A stretch of 53,160 nucleotides of DNA, taken from contig NW_021833998.1 in the NCBI RefSeq assembly GCF_006345805.1, forward strand, positions 1-53,160. The letters are read 5' to 3'. The stretch is from Octopus sinensis (lineage: Eukaryota). Of the stretch, positions 13,020 to 25,663 are shown piece after piece (positions within the stretch are counted from its first letter, which is position 1; each line of letters begins with the position of its first letter). The translations under genes and the position numbers were made by a program. The notes beneath the pieces were generated by a model, which saw only the letters and a program-made list of their open reading frames with translations, was not told the DNA's origin and ran no database searches.

Positions 13020-13424
13020 ATTTCTTTACTGCCCGGAAGGAGCTAAACATAGAGGGGACAAACAAGGACATACGAAGGGATTGAGTCGATTATATCGCCC
13101 CAGTGCGAGACTGGTACTTTATTTATCGACCTCGAAAGGATGAAAGGCAAAGTTGACCTCGGCGGAATTTGAACTCAGAACGTAACGACAGACGAGTGAC
13201 AAGGCCGGCCCTTTGAAATACAGGTACAACAGAAACAGGAAGTAAGAGTGAGAGAAAGTTGTGGTGAAAGAGTACAGCAGGGATCACCATCATCCCTGCC
13301 GGGGCCTCGTGGAGCCTTAGGTGTTTTCGCTCAATAAACACTCACAACGCCCGGTCCGGGAATCGAAACCGCGATCCTACGACGCGAGTCCGGTGCCCTA
13401 ACCAGTGGGCCATTGCGCCTCCAC
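13020..13424 (-). mobile_element. chimeric SINE: family C 5' half (13194-13424) fused to family A body+tail (13020-13195)
   Basis: Junction gacagacgagtgacaag is collinear with A on the left and C on the right. Confidence 0.85.
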
Positions 13425-13720
13425 ATGTATGTATGTATGCAGTTATGTATGTATATGGTATATGTATGCATACATATATATATATATATACTTTCTCTAC
13501 GAAATCGAGATTGCTTGTACAGGTGCACGGTGCGCCACGTATCAGATGTTGAAGCGAGTGCAGGGTAACGTAAGAAGTGCTTTTACTTGAGAACACCTCG
13601 AGTTTGCCCAGTCCGGGAATCGAAACCACGATCTCACGATTGTAAGTGTAACACTCTAACCACTAAGCCACGAGGGGTCACTCACTCACTCTCTCTCTCA
13701 CTTTTCTCTCTGTCTTTCTT

Positions 13721-13758
<38 letters not shown>

Positions 13759-13863
13759 TTCCTTTGTATATATATCTACCTATGTTTATATGTGTGTGTG
13801 TATTTCTATGTCTGTATTACTAAATTAGTTAAGTAGTTTGGATTAATACCAATATACATAGGT

Positions 13864-13905
<42 letters not shown>

Positions 13906-14359
13906 TCACACACAAACAAATATGCACATGCACACACGTGGAGGCACTAATGTTTATTCGCACCTAAACAGACCTTTTGACATATTTCACCAACCCTTCG
14001 CCACTTTCCCATGAACTTAATTCACATATAAATAAATAAATCCATTTAAAGGTATGTAAGAGTTATTTATGTATGTTTATGTATGTTATCTCTGTTTCTA
14101 TACATACTGCACTGTGTTTGATCAAAGATCTGGGTCAAACATAACTAAGAAGAGAGTTGTGTAAAGCTATTACTAATCCATCTAGTCGGAGCAGATCAGA
14201 AGTGGAGAATCGATCTTCTGTCCCGATGTAACAAATGAAGATGTCGTTGTGACACCCATTGAAAAGTTAACCAGGGTGGAGTTTATACTTTACCAGGGTA
14301 CTGAATTCGAGGAATTTGATTGTTATTATTTACTTGCCTACAACCAAATCGACACCCCG

Positions 14360-14650
14360 TTTCTCTCTCTCTCTTTCTCTTTCTCTCTCTGTGTCTTTTC
14401 CGATTTCTTTCTAAGTCTTTCTCCCTCTCTCTCCCTTTCTCCCTTTTTCCTAATCACTCTCTAATTCTCTCTCTCTTTCTCTCTCTTTCCCTCTCTCTTT
14501 CCTGGTCTCCCTTCCAGTCTTTCTGTCTCTCCCTCTCTCTTTCTGTCTTTACCAATCTTTCTCTAACTCTCTCTCTCTCTCTCTCTAACTCTCTCTCTAA
14601 CTCTCTCTCCACCCTCTCTCTAACCCTCTCTTCCCCCTCTTTCGCTCTCT
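14360..14650. repeat. degenerate (CT)n polypyrimidine tract
   Basis: Directly visible. Confidence 0.9.
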
Positions 14651-14678
14651 CAGACGAAGAGCAAGGGCTCAAAATATA
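14651..14678 (+). ncRNA. decayed hammerhead motif (GAGC/GCTC family)
   Basis: CAGACGA a gagc aagg gctc AAAATATA; CpG decay of cGAAACGTA explains the 3' changes. Confidence 0.4.
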
Positions 14679-15041
14679 ATCCCCACTCCATATATTAAAC
14701 TAAGAGAGTTCTTCCAGAAAATTTCCTATTGTAATCGAAGAGTTGGGGAATGGAGGTCGGAGGAAGAACTTGCATAGAGTGAGAGGGGAGGGGGAGAGGG
14801 AAGATAGAGGGGACCAACTAATCCGTAGGTATCGAACTTACATTGTTTGTGTCACAGGTACGGCTCCTCCAGATCTTAACACTTAACGAGTATACACAGC
14901 GGCGTTTTACATGTAGCTATTAGAGCAAGTTATAAACAAGGGCAATCCATGATGTGAACGATATGGAAAGGTAGTTTAAACAAACGGGCTACATACTCAT
15001 AGGGCAAACTGCTAATTCACAGTTGTTCATTTAAATCAGTT

Positions 15042-15269
15042 GTGGAAGCACATGGCCTAATGGTTAGAGCAGCGGACTCGCGGTCGAGGGATCGCGGGTT
15101 CGAATCTCAGACCGGGCGATGTGTGTGTTTATGAGCAAAACACCTAAGCTCCACGCGGCTCCGGCAGAAGGTAATGGCGAACTTCTGTTGACTCTTTCGC
15201 CACAACTTTCTCTCACTCTTTCCTCCTGCATCTTGCAGCTCACCTGCGACGGACCGGCGTCCCATCCAG
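15042..15269 (+). mobile_element. SINE family C variant subfamily with different 3' part
   Basis: A box tggcctaatgg, B box ggttcgaatct; diverges from 18565 copy after ctctcactctt. Confidence 0.85.
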
Positions 15270-15349
15270 TTGCTTGCTTTTTCCACTGTAGCCTGGCTAT
15301 CACTAATGGTGGTATTTACTTTACAATGAATTGGGCCTAACGATAACAA

Positions 15350-15635
15350 CATGTGTATGTATGTATGTATGTATGTATGTATGTATGTATGTATGTATGT
15401 ATGTATGTGTGTATGTGTGTATGTGTGTATGTATGTATGTATGTATGTATGTATGTATGTATGTATGCATGTATGTATGTTTGTATGTATGTATGCATGC
15501 ATGCATGTATGCATGTATGCATGTATGTATGTATGTATGTATGTATGTATGTATGTATGTATGTATGTATGTATGCATGTATGTATGTACGTACATACGT
15601 ACGTATGTATGTATATATGTACGTATGTATGTACT
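15350..15635. repeat. (TATG)n microsatellite
   Basis: Directly visible. Confidence 0.95.
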
Positions 15636-16135
15636 ACCTGTTGCATGGTCAGGTCGTCGGCGACTAAACCGGCAACCCCACCAAGCTCGCTTGGTAAGGA
15701 GGGTGTTTATTGGTCACCCTGCGGGATGAAAAACAAAACCCGTCAAAGGGCGGAAGAACTCTTGAGAGTTCTTAATAAATGTCTTAAAGCTGTATCATGC
15801 GCGGAGACATAGAAATAATCGGATTGAATACCCGATCGCGCAGTTAAACCATTGGGAGTGAAGGACTCCTAGCCTTTGCCAGGGCATCCTTCTAGGAGAA
15901 GGCAACTCAGGTAACTGGGATAACTCCGACAAAAAACCTGCGGCTCAGTGGTTACCGATGATGTTGACTTGTTCTTCTTTTCGAATTATGGCTGCTGTTG
16001 CTTAGTGAGTGGGATTGACTCAGTGCACAGCCTTTCCTCACTTAAAAAAATATCTTCTTGCACAGGCATTGCACGATAACAACATTGATTAAGCTTCGTG
16101 CAATGGCCATACTCGATAACGTGTGGGCAGCCACC
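15636..16135 (+). mobile_element. hairpin-rich non-coding repeat, RTE 5'-UTR-like, embedded in (TATG)n
   Basis: agggcatccttctaggagaaggcaactc resembles the RTE 5'-UTR motif as I recall it; diverged relatives at about 37590-37760 (-) and 42615-42750 (-). Confidence 0.55.
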
Positions 16136-16232
16136 ATGTATGTATGTAGGTATGCAGGTATGTATGTATGTATATATGTATGTATGCATGCAGGTATGCA
16201 TGCATGCATGCATGTATGTATGTATATCTATG

Positions 16233-16274
<42 letters not shown>

Positions 16275-16676
16275 GGTAATCTTTCAGTATATGTTGTTTA
16301 AAAGAGTAAATAAAAATTAAAGGGAAAATAACAAGGGGAGATCAATAATTCAACTTACTGTTAAACAACGTAGACATTGGCTATAGCCACCAAAAAGTGA
16401 ACAAAAGTCGTTTTCTTTGGTACAGAATTCCTCCACGTAAACTCGTGCAAATATGAAACCTTTGCCAATATATTGTCTGACGTCCCAAACTGACGTCGTA
16501 ATTTTCTTTTTACTCGCATCCACTCGTATGGACGTCGTTAGTTGTCGGATCTACGAAGTTCTTCCGATGCACAATCACTTCGTGAGTGTACATACCGTTA
16601 TTTAGGTATGAGAACCTAATTATTTCCCCTTTAAATTTTATTTATTTTCTTAAACACCGTATACTGAAAGATTACC
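16275..16676. mobile_element. MITE with about 57-bp TIRs starting GGTAATC
   Basis: ggtaatctttcagtata...aaataa at left, ttattt...tatactgaaagattacc at right; TSD unclear in TA/CA repeat context. Confidence 0.85.
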
Positions 16677-16760
16677 ATATATACATACATTTTTTCATAT
16701 TTCTTTTTTTTCATTTTCATCTGTGGCCATGCTGGGGCACCGCCATATATACAAATGTAT

Positions 16761-17147
16761 GGAAGCACTCCGTCGGTTACGACGACGAGGGTTCCGGTTG
16801 ATCCGATCAACAGAACAGCCTGCTCGTGAAATTAACGTGTAAGTGGCTGAGCACTCCACAGACACGTGTACCCTTAACGCAGTCCTGGGGGATATTCAGC
16901 GTGACACAGAGAGTGACAAGGCCGGCCCTTTGAAATACAGGTACAACAGAAACAGGAAACAGAAACAGTGAGAGAAAGTTGTGGTGAAAGAGTACAGCAG
17001 GGATCACCACCATCCCCTGCCGGAGCCTCGTGGAGCTTTTAGGTGTTTTCGCTCAATAAACACTCACAACGCCCGGTCTGGGAATCGAAACCGCGATCCT
17101 ATGACCGCGAGTCCGCTGCCCTAACCACTGGGCCGTTGCGCCTCCAC
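16761..17147 (-). mobile_element. SINE family C, full length
   Basis: TSD acaaatgtat at 16751-16760 and 17148-17157; reverse complement of 18565-18957. Confidence 0.93.
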
Positions 17148-17185
17148 ACAAATGTATATAAATATACACATATATATGAGTAGAC

Positions 17186-17259
<74 letters not shown>

Positions 17260-17735
17260 GGAGGGGGAGATAATCGAATACGATGCTAGACTAGTACTTT
17301 ATTTATCTACCCTAAATGGCTGAAAAGCAAATTCGACTCCGGTAAAATCTGGTCTCAGAGTGAGTCTCACTTAACGTTTTTTTTCTTTGTCTTTTCTCGG
17401 TAGACCTCATTACTAGCTTGAGGTTAGAGGTGTCACGGATTTCTAAATGTTACGGTTTTCTTTATCAAAGTTTAATACTCAAAACAACAGCAATGTACTA
17501 AAACGTTCTTTTGATCACTTTAAAGTATATAACCAAATACGTGCCTATAAACAAAAATGGACAAAGATTCTAATCATTCAACTTTTATTTAACGATCGTC
17601 ACTTCAGATACAATTTTTATGCGTCTACCGTCTGGAGATATAACTCCTTTAGGTACGGCATTACTTAAAAATATAAAATATACAATGAAAAGTGAAATAA
17701 AGAATGGGATAGTAATTAACAAATACATATTAATA

Positions 17736-18130
17736 CTAGCAGTATCGCCCGGCGTTGCTCGGGTTTGTAAGGGAAATAACTATATAAGCATTTGTAGAGA
17801 TTATAGCCAAAAAATAGCAAAAAAATGCATTAAAAATGGAAAAAAAATGATGGTAATTTTTTTTAAATCGTTGACTCATCGTAGACATTTTTAGAGAGTC
17901 ACTTCCTTTATATAATAGCGAAAAAAATGCATTAAAATGGAAAAAAATGATGGTAATTTTTTTTTTAATCGTAGACTCATCGTAGACGTGCGCTAATATC
18001 CAGAAGGGCTCGATATGAATCACGACTATAAGATACCCGGTTTTGGTTAAACTGCACCGCAGAATGTGGGAGTAGTTAGGAATCTAAATCGTAGGAGACA
18101 GACACACAACTTGACTTTTATATATAAAGA
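17736..18130 (-). mobile_element. non-autonomous Helitron
   Basis: Minus strand A|TC...cccgagcaacgccggg hairpin, 8-nt spacer, CTAG|T; no TSD; internal about 100-bp tandem duplication (17820 and 17920). Confidence 0.85.
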
Positions 18131-18282
18131 TATAGTTGTGAAGCAACATTTCTTTCATGTTTATTAAACCATTTAAAATATTCGTATTAGTCTTACTTTC
18201 TTGGGTGTTACTAACCGCAAAATGCTTCAATTTCAATATTCTTTTCAGCAAGTTTCTTTTCAGCCAACCTTTTAGACGTGCT

Positions 18283-18349
<67 letters not shown>

Positions 18350-18564
18350 TACTAAATTGGGTCAAATTCGCATAAATGCAAAGAATTTCACCATTAAAGA
18401 ATTTAATTCTTTAAAGGTGCGTCATACAACAGAGTGGGCTTTGAATGTAATCAAAGCCTACATTTTTACGTATTGCTAAGTATCACGTGTGTGCTCGAGA
18501 TACAATCGCCATGGAAAATTAGAACAAACTAGTCCAGTAGATAATGTTCTAGTAGCTTTTCATA

Positions 18565-18957
18565 GTGGAGGCGCAATGGCCCAGTGGTTAGGGCAGTGGA
18601 CTCGCGGTCATAGGATCGCGGTTTCGATTCCCAGACCGGGCGTTGTGAGTGTTTATTGAGCGAAAACACCTAAAGCTCCACGAGGCTCCGGTAGGGGATG
18701 GTGGTGATCCTTGCTGTACTCTTTCACCACAACTTTCTCTCACTCTTACTTCCTGTTTCTGTTGTACCTGTATTTCAAAGGGCCGGCCTTGTCACTCTCT
18801 GTGTCACGCTGAATATCCCCGAGAACTACGTTAAGGGGTACACGTGTCTGTGGAGTGCTCAGCCACTTACATGTTAATTTCACGAGCAGGCTGTTCCGTT
18901 GATTCGGATCAACCGGAACCCTCGTCGTCGTAACCGACAGAGTGCTTCCATCCATCC
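18565..18957 (+). mobile_element. SINE family C, full length
   Basis: A box tggcccagtgg, B box gtttcgattcc, (TCCA)3 tail, 14-bp TSD agtagcttttcata at 18551-18564 and 18958-18971. Confidence 0.95.
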
Positions 18958-19325
18958 AGTAGCTTTTCATACTTTAAATGTCTCCAGCTTGATCTACCCA
19001 GATTTAACAAGGAGGTATAGTTACATTTAAAGGCTACTTTTTTTTGTTTTTATTCTAGACTTACCTTTTAGGAATTGAGTAAGTCTTTGGATTGTGAAAC
19101 TAAACCTATGGTAAATGACTTCTAGCAGTTGCATGACGAGAAATGAAAACGACCACGATGAAGATTGTCTAGAGTAAAATTTATCCAGCTTTCATTAGCA
19201 AACTTCCTGGCTTTTAAAGAGCCTATACAAAATGGTCATCTGCAGGTTATTGAACCAATATACCAACTTGGAATTATTGAATTAAATTTGATAAATGAGG
19301 ATTTCATGGCGATAGAACAGCACCG

Positions 19326-19762
19326 GGATCTTTTCGGTTTGAACGGCAGTTTTTAAAAATAATTTCCAAGTAACTAAACACTTTTAAACTTCGTATACTG
19401 GTAGAATGTGTTTATAAAACAGCTTTTTCTCTTGGCTTTATTGAGAAAATTCTATAGTTTGTAAGATATTTGTTGTTGTTTTTCTTCAATTTCTGCAATT
19501 TCAACCAATCAGTGACGTCTATTGAGGTAAAAAACATTCTGTGCCGTATGAATATGTCCCTCGTTTAAGAAACAAATTGGGTTTATTTACATTTGTGAAG
19601 AAAAACAGATACCCTTCCCCCACCCCTAACCCTAACCCTAACTAACTCTAACTAACCCTAAAACAGATTGAAATGCAATAGATCGATACTAGGGTCATAA
19701 TTATGGGTGACAATTTCATATGACACCGCTAGGAAAAACTGCCGTCCAAACGGAAAAGATCC
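19326..19762. mobile_element. MITE with 28-bp TIRs and internal (CCCTAA)n, possibly Merlin-like
   Basis: ggatcttttcggtttgaacggcagtttt vs aaaactgccgtccaaacggaaaagatcc (26/28); flanks cagcaccg / tagcacca. Confidence 0.88.
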
Positions 19763-20016
19763 TAGCACCATGCTGAAGATGAAAAGGATGAAAATGAGGT
19801 TGCAGAACCAGCACGAGATTTTAATAACTAAAGATCTATCTGAAATGATAGCAGCATAAGCCATTCAAAACACGCAAAGATTGTTTATTTCACTTAAATA
19901 TTTATTTCTGATGTCAAAATGTTTGTCCCAACCGCGACCCGTTCATTGATGTGATTCCACCGCATAAATAACAATGTGTAACACGATTTTTGTCCGTGTG
20001 TAGCAACTGTTATTTT

Positions 20017-20455
20017 CTATTTGCTTACCCCATCGAAAGTATGGAAAATGGCTATTTCCATCAAACTTTGCTTTTCTGACATTTATTCAACCCCACACTC
20101 AAATTCCTCTCAACACATGACTATGATGCTCCACCCCCTACTGCAGCTCATTATCAGAGGGGCACGTATTATCAGCCACTAGGGGACAATCTCAAGTGGA
20201 TATGGTCAAGCAACTGACAAGCAAATCTGTGGTATTGAGCAGAATATTTACTATAGTGATATTTCTGCTTCAGCAACTCAGCGCTTAATCTGTCTGAAAT
20301 GTAATGGAAAATAGGTCAGTTTCAAAAGATTGATGTCTAGGTCACAAAAGCAAGGTCTGAAAGGAATAGTAGCCATTTCTTTTGAATTCTAGATAGAAGC
20401 AAATAGGAAATAGCTCTTACTGATCAAAGACAAAAAATAGATTAAAAATTTTGTT
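20017..20455 (+). repeat. interspersed repeat, second interrupted copy at 50686-51500
   Basis: Collinear similarity ctatttgcttacccc...ctcaagt and gatatttctgcttcagcaactca...gacaaaaa. Confidence 0.85.
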
Positions 20456-20975
20456 ACATTATACAGTGATAATCAGGTCGCAGTTGGTGCAACGAAAATG
20501 TCGACGCCAAAAATATATATCTATGTTAAGTTAATTGTCTTCGTGTGTTTTTAAATAGCTAATATGCATTTTCCAAGATGCAATCGTTTTAGCTTCAACA
20601 CATGTTTGGTTCTCAGATCAAATTACTTGCCAGGCAAGTACACCTCCTAATTTCCGATTAGTCTGAAACTTTCTCCTTTTTAGATTAATCTATGGCCATT
20701 TTCACTTTGAAGATAATAAAATTCAAAAGCAAACAAGATAATAACGAGTTGAGGCAACTGCTACAAGGAACTTAAGACAGAAATAAAAGATCGACAACAA
20801 ATCTTGGACATGTCTTTTAAATAAATAATCATCTTCTGGATATCATTTATCTTCCTCAAATATACGATCACAACGGCCACCACTACTACACACCCCATTT
20901 TCGCATTCCAACATCACCACAACCGCTACCACCACCACCATCACCACCACCACCACCAACAACAACAACAATACT

Positions 20976-21572
20976 TATTTCTTTATTACCTACAAGGGGC
21001 TAAACACAGAGGGGATAAACAAGGACAGACATAGGTATTAAGTCGATTACATCGACCCCAGTGCGTAACTTGTACTTTATTTATCGACCCCGAAAGGATG
21101 AAAGGCAAAGTCGACCTCGGCGGAATTTGAACTCACAACGTAACGCAGAAGAAATACCTATTTCTTTATTACCCACAAGGGGCTAAACACAGAGGGGACA
21201 AATAAGGACAGACATAGGTATTAAGTCGATTACATCGACCCCAGTGCGTAACTGGTACTTAATTTATCGACCCCGAAAGGATGAAAGGCAAAGTCGACCT
21301 CGGCGGAATTTGAACTCACAACGTAACGCAGAAGAAATACCTATTTCTTTATTACCCACAAGGGGCTAAACACAGAGGGGACAAATAAGGACAGACATAG
21401 GTATTAAGTCGATTACATCGACCCCAGTGCGTAACTGGTACTTAATTTATCGACCCCGAAAGGATGAAAGGCAAAGTCGACCTCTGCGGAATTTGAACTC
21501 ACAACGTAACGGCAGCCGAAATACCGCTAAGCATTTCGCCCGGCGTGCTAACGTTTCTGCCAGCTCGCCGCC
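20976..21572 (-). mobile_element. SINE family A trimer (one head, three 183-bp units)
   Basis: Units start at 20976, 21159, 21342; TSD acaacaatact at 20965-20975 and 21575-21585. Confidence 0.93.
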
Positions 21573-21881
21573 TTACAACAATACTGACATCTCTTCTACT
21601 TCCACTGTCACAGCCGCCACCCCACTTCCACTTTGCACTTGTCAGTCTGTCTGTCTGTCTTTTTATACACCGCTCGCTTTATATGTCCCTGACATGTCTT
21701 CGGACGAAACCAAATGTATTTGGTCGGGCTCATTGTCTTTAATAAAACGCACATAGATACATTCATACACATATACACAATGCCTTTATACATACAAACA
21801 TACTCACATACATATGTATGTATACATACACACATTCATACACACATTTTTACATATACATTAATATTTGTGTACATAGAT

Positions 21882-21913
<32 letters not shown>

Positions 21914-23021
21914 CGTTTCATGTTAGAATGCTATCAACATGGCAGAAAAAGCGGAAATGTCTCCCAAAACCGGAAACGTCTAAATAGCAATGGAGAGAAT
22001 TTGCGAGCAAAATCCCAGCTTTCTTTTTCTTGCAATTGAATATATTTTACTAATATAAACAAACCGAGACAGTCACATTTTTCAGAGACTCCTTATTTCT
22101 ATTCTGAACCACAAATATCGCCCGCCACATACATATTCAGAGGGGGAAAATTATTGTTAAAGAATGAAGCGAGTCGTCAAATCATGCGGTTTTGTATGAA
22201 GGGTCCTTTGGATAGGAGGTGGGGTTTATTGTTAATTTTGTTCTTTAACTACTTAGACTAATTTGGTCACGTCTTCCAAAGAAGGTTTTTTCATTGAAGT
22301 ATTAGATGAACACTCTAATGACCTGATGACCTGGTAAATGAGTCGTACCTGACACCCTTCATTTGACCTCTGAGTCGATTGACTATGAATAGAGTGTCGA
22401 CGTCACGTCTTTATGGAGGCGTTGAGTAAACTATTAATTACAAAAAGACTACACTACAATATTGGTATCAACTTAGTACATATTCTCCGACTTTTTCTCT
22501 TTCATTGAAATAGTAATAGATCTCATTTTTCTCTCAATTTATGAACTGCATTCTCTTACTTATAAAAAAAGAATGCGATAATACTACTCTTGATACACTG
22601 CCAATCTAGTATGTTTGTTAATATCAAGCAAGGGAGGGGACTATGTGAACTCGTTGATAGAAGTAGAAATCAATGAAATTCCCTCAAATCATATTCTACG
22701 CCTTAAAAAGGAATAAACTGGCGCAGGCATGTCTATATAGTGAGAACTTGCTTGCTTCTCACCCATATGGTTTCAGGTTCAAGGTGCTCACTGCGTGGCA
22801 CCTTCGACAAGTGTCTTCTACCGTAACCTACGGACGTCAAAGCTTTGGCGTTCATGGGCTACCGTAAAAGACGATACTAAGAGACGCTTGTCATGTGTGT
22901 GTGTATGTGTGTGTGGTGTGTGTGTATACACACACACATATATATACACACACACACACACATACACACATATATATAAAACACATACACACACACCCAC
23001 ACACACACACAACACACACAC

Positions 23022-23072
<51 letters not shown>

Positions 23073-24519
23073 GCCCAGTCTACCTAGCTTTATGTGGGTG
23101 TCATAGTATTCTCTAAAGCACAGTATCCATGGTCAAAACGCTATATTGCAAATAATACCACAAATGAATTTCTGTCCGTTTCGGCAAAGATCGAAGTATT
23201 TTGTTCAGTTGTTCATTGCATTAAAGTGTAAGTGACTGAATATTCTATAGACATATGTATCCTTAACAATAACTGGGGCGGAATCAGCATAACATAGTGT
23301 AACAAGGGTTAACCATTAAATTTGCGGGGACAACCCATCCGACAAGCTTCCAAGTAGTTTTCGCTTACCCACACAGATTTGATCGACTAAAAGCTCTGTG
23401 AAATAACAATCTAACTTCTTTTTTTTTTCAATTTCACAGCGCATTCCAGAGGACTATACCATAATTTGTTGGCACTTAGTTGTAGTTAAATAGACCGGCT
23501 GTTGATAGAGAAATAACTTGCTGATATGGTAGAAAACGAATAGCTAAATTAAAATATAAAAATTTAATTTGATAGTATATAAGGAATAAAAATGCTTCGA
23601 AGTTAAATAATTCCAAGTTGCCATCTAAATCCCTGTTTACCCAGTAATCCCCGCCATCCCCACCAAGTAAGCTTCAAAATTTATGGGTATTACTCTCCTT
23701 TTTCAAATTAACAAAATAGAAAACGACAGATATATGCAAAAAAATCTTTGGTTTTTCTTGGAAGTCTCCGGTAGTCGTCATATTGAAGTAAGCCATGTTG
23801 TTGACCTCTCTTAGATAATACAACGAAATACAGTAATACTATTTTCTTTTCGCAAGATATATAATCTAATGCTGGCCTGTCGTAGCTAGTCTATTTGTGT
23901 GGAACGTTGAAGGTTACAGCTGTTTATTTAAGAAATCGATCAGATCTGTATTTCCCAGACTATTGTCAATCAAACTGGCATTCAAGAAATTCTTGACTGA
24001 CATAAAGTGACAAAATGGCTAGCAATTCATCCAGGGCTGGCGAAGCCGGTAAACAGCTCTGAACAGCCAATTCTAAATTGAATTCTTTCAACAATATTCG
24101 ACTAAACTTGTTTCTAAATACAATCTACAACGGCCTTGTTGTGGTAATATGGAGACCGACTCACGTTTATTGACTTAACACTTATTAATCTTGTCAAGTT
24201 GTTCAACTCAAGTCATATTCTGTTATCTCAAGCGGCCTAACATATCAGAGGTTTGTGGGATGTGTCACTTTGTACATATGCTGGTCAATGCTACACGCTA
24301 AATGTTTCCGCGCGCGCGCGTGTGTGTGAATGAATGCATGTATGTGTGATGGAGGTGCACAATAAATTCTTTGAGAACATTACACAATTACACGGTTAGT
24401 TTCATAATGCGCCCATCAAGGAAGAAGAAATATTCATTAATAATTCAGTGTAATATAAATCTGTCTCTGTTATTACGCATACGTTCGGTATCTTGTTCTT
24501 TGTGTATAGAGTGTATAGT

Positions 24520-24562
<43 letters not shown>

Positions 24563-24878
24563 TGTCTGTCTGTCTGTCTGTGCGTGTCCACAAAACAAAT
24601 ATTGCACACCTTTTATAAAACTGTGCATCATTAGAAAACATTTAAGTCTGCTTACAGACTTTGCTTTTCATAGAACTCTCTTTCATACTTCATGAGTGTA
24701 GCCTCACCTCCTAGGATGTTTGGAAAACTCATATGTGTTTTGGCTGATGAATACAGGACACTTGTATTTGCTGCAATATTTGCAGCTTTAAATAAATCTG
24801 TTCTTCTTCGTATGAAACAATTGTACTGAACAACTAATCCATTCTTGTTGCTTTTTCTTGTATAATTATATATATATA

Positions 24879-24921
<43 letters not shown>

Positions 24922-25436
24922 TATATATATATTATATATATGTATATATATGATTCTTTTTACACATTGACACTCTTTCCTCTCTTATCATTACCATTCT
25001 TGATTTCGCTCCTTATCTTTCATATCTCTCAACCCAACAAAGTAAAAAAAAAACTGTACCCTATTCTGTAACAGCTGCAAAGCACCACAGTTGTAATCTC
25101 CAATCAACATTGGCTGCACGACATGAAACAATTTATTTTGCCATCTCAGGACTGACACGAAATCTTGCCATTTCAGCTTCTCTTCCACTCTATCGTCTGC
25201 ATTTAATGAATTCCTGTTTTAGCTTCGTCAATTGCTGCACATTCCTTATTTCCGTTTCCACACACACTGCGATACGCGCGCAGACGCACGCCACACACAC
25301 ACACGCACACGCACACAGGCATTTCTCACTCCCCCCTTTTTATCATTTGTTCATATCAATTATTGATATACATGTACATATATACGTGTATGCATATATA
25401 TGTGCATGTATGTATGTATATATATATGTAATGTAT

Positions 25437-25469
<33 letters not shown>

Positions 25470-25663
25470 TATATTATATAATATAATATACACCATACAT
25501 ACACACCATACATATATAACACACGTACACACACGCACGGACACACACACACACGCGCATACACACACAAACACACACACACAGAGTTCAAATTTACAAA
25601 AAACAAAAGACGAAGGCAAGTGAAAGAACAAGCTCCAAGTGTATTAGTTTAACGCTCGTGAAT

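Noticed and set aside
18565-18640. Functional tRNA gene (also other SINE heads)
   Set aside because: A and B boxes present but no proper cloverleaf; continuous with SINE body and TSDs
19624-19661. Telomere or chromosome-fusion site
   Set aside because: Short degenerate tract inside a TIR element
20976-21572. Regular 183-bp repeats as CRISPR or satellite
   Set aside because: No unique spacers or cas genes; units are SINE body copies
25150-25164. 15-nt identity gactgacacgaaatc with 31066-31080
   Set aside because: A few 15-mer matches are expected by chance in 53 kb; flanks unrelated
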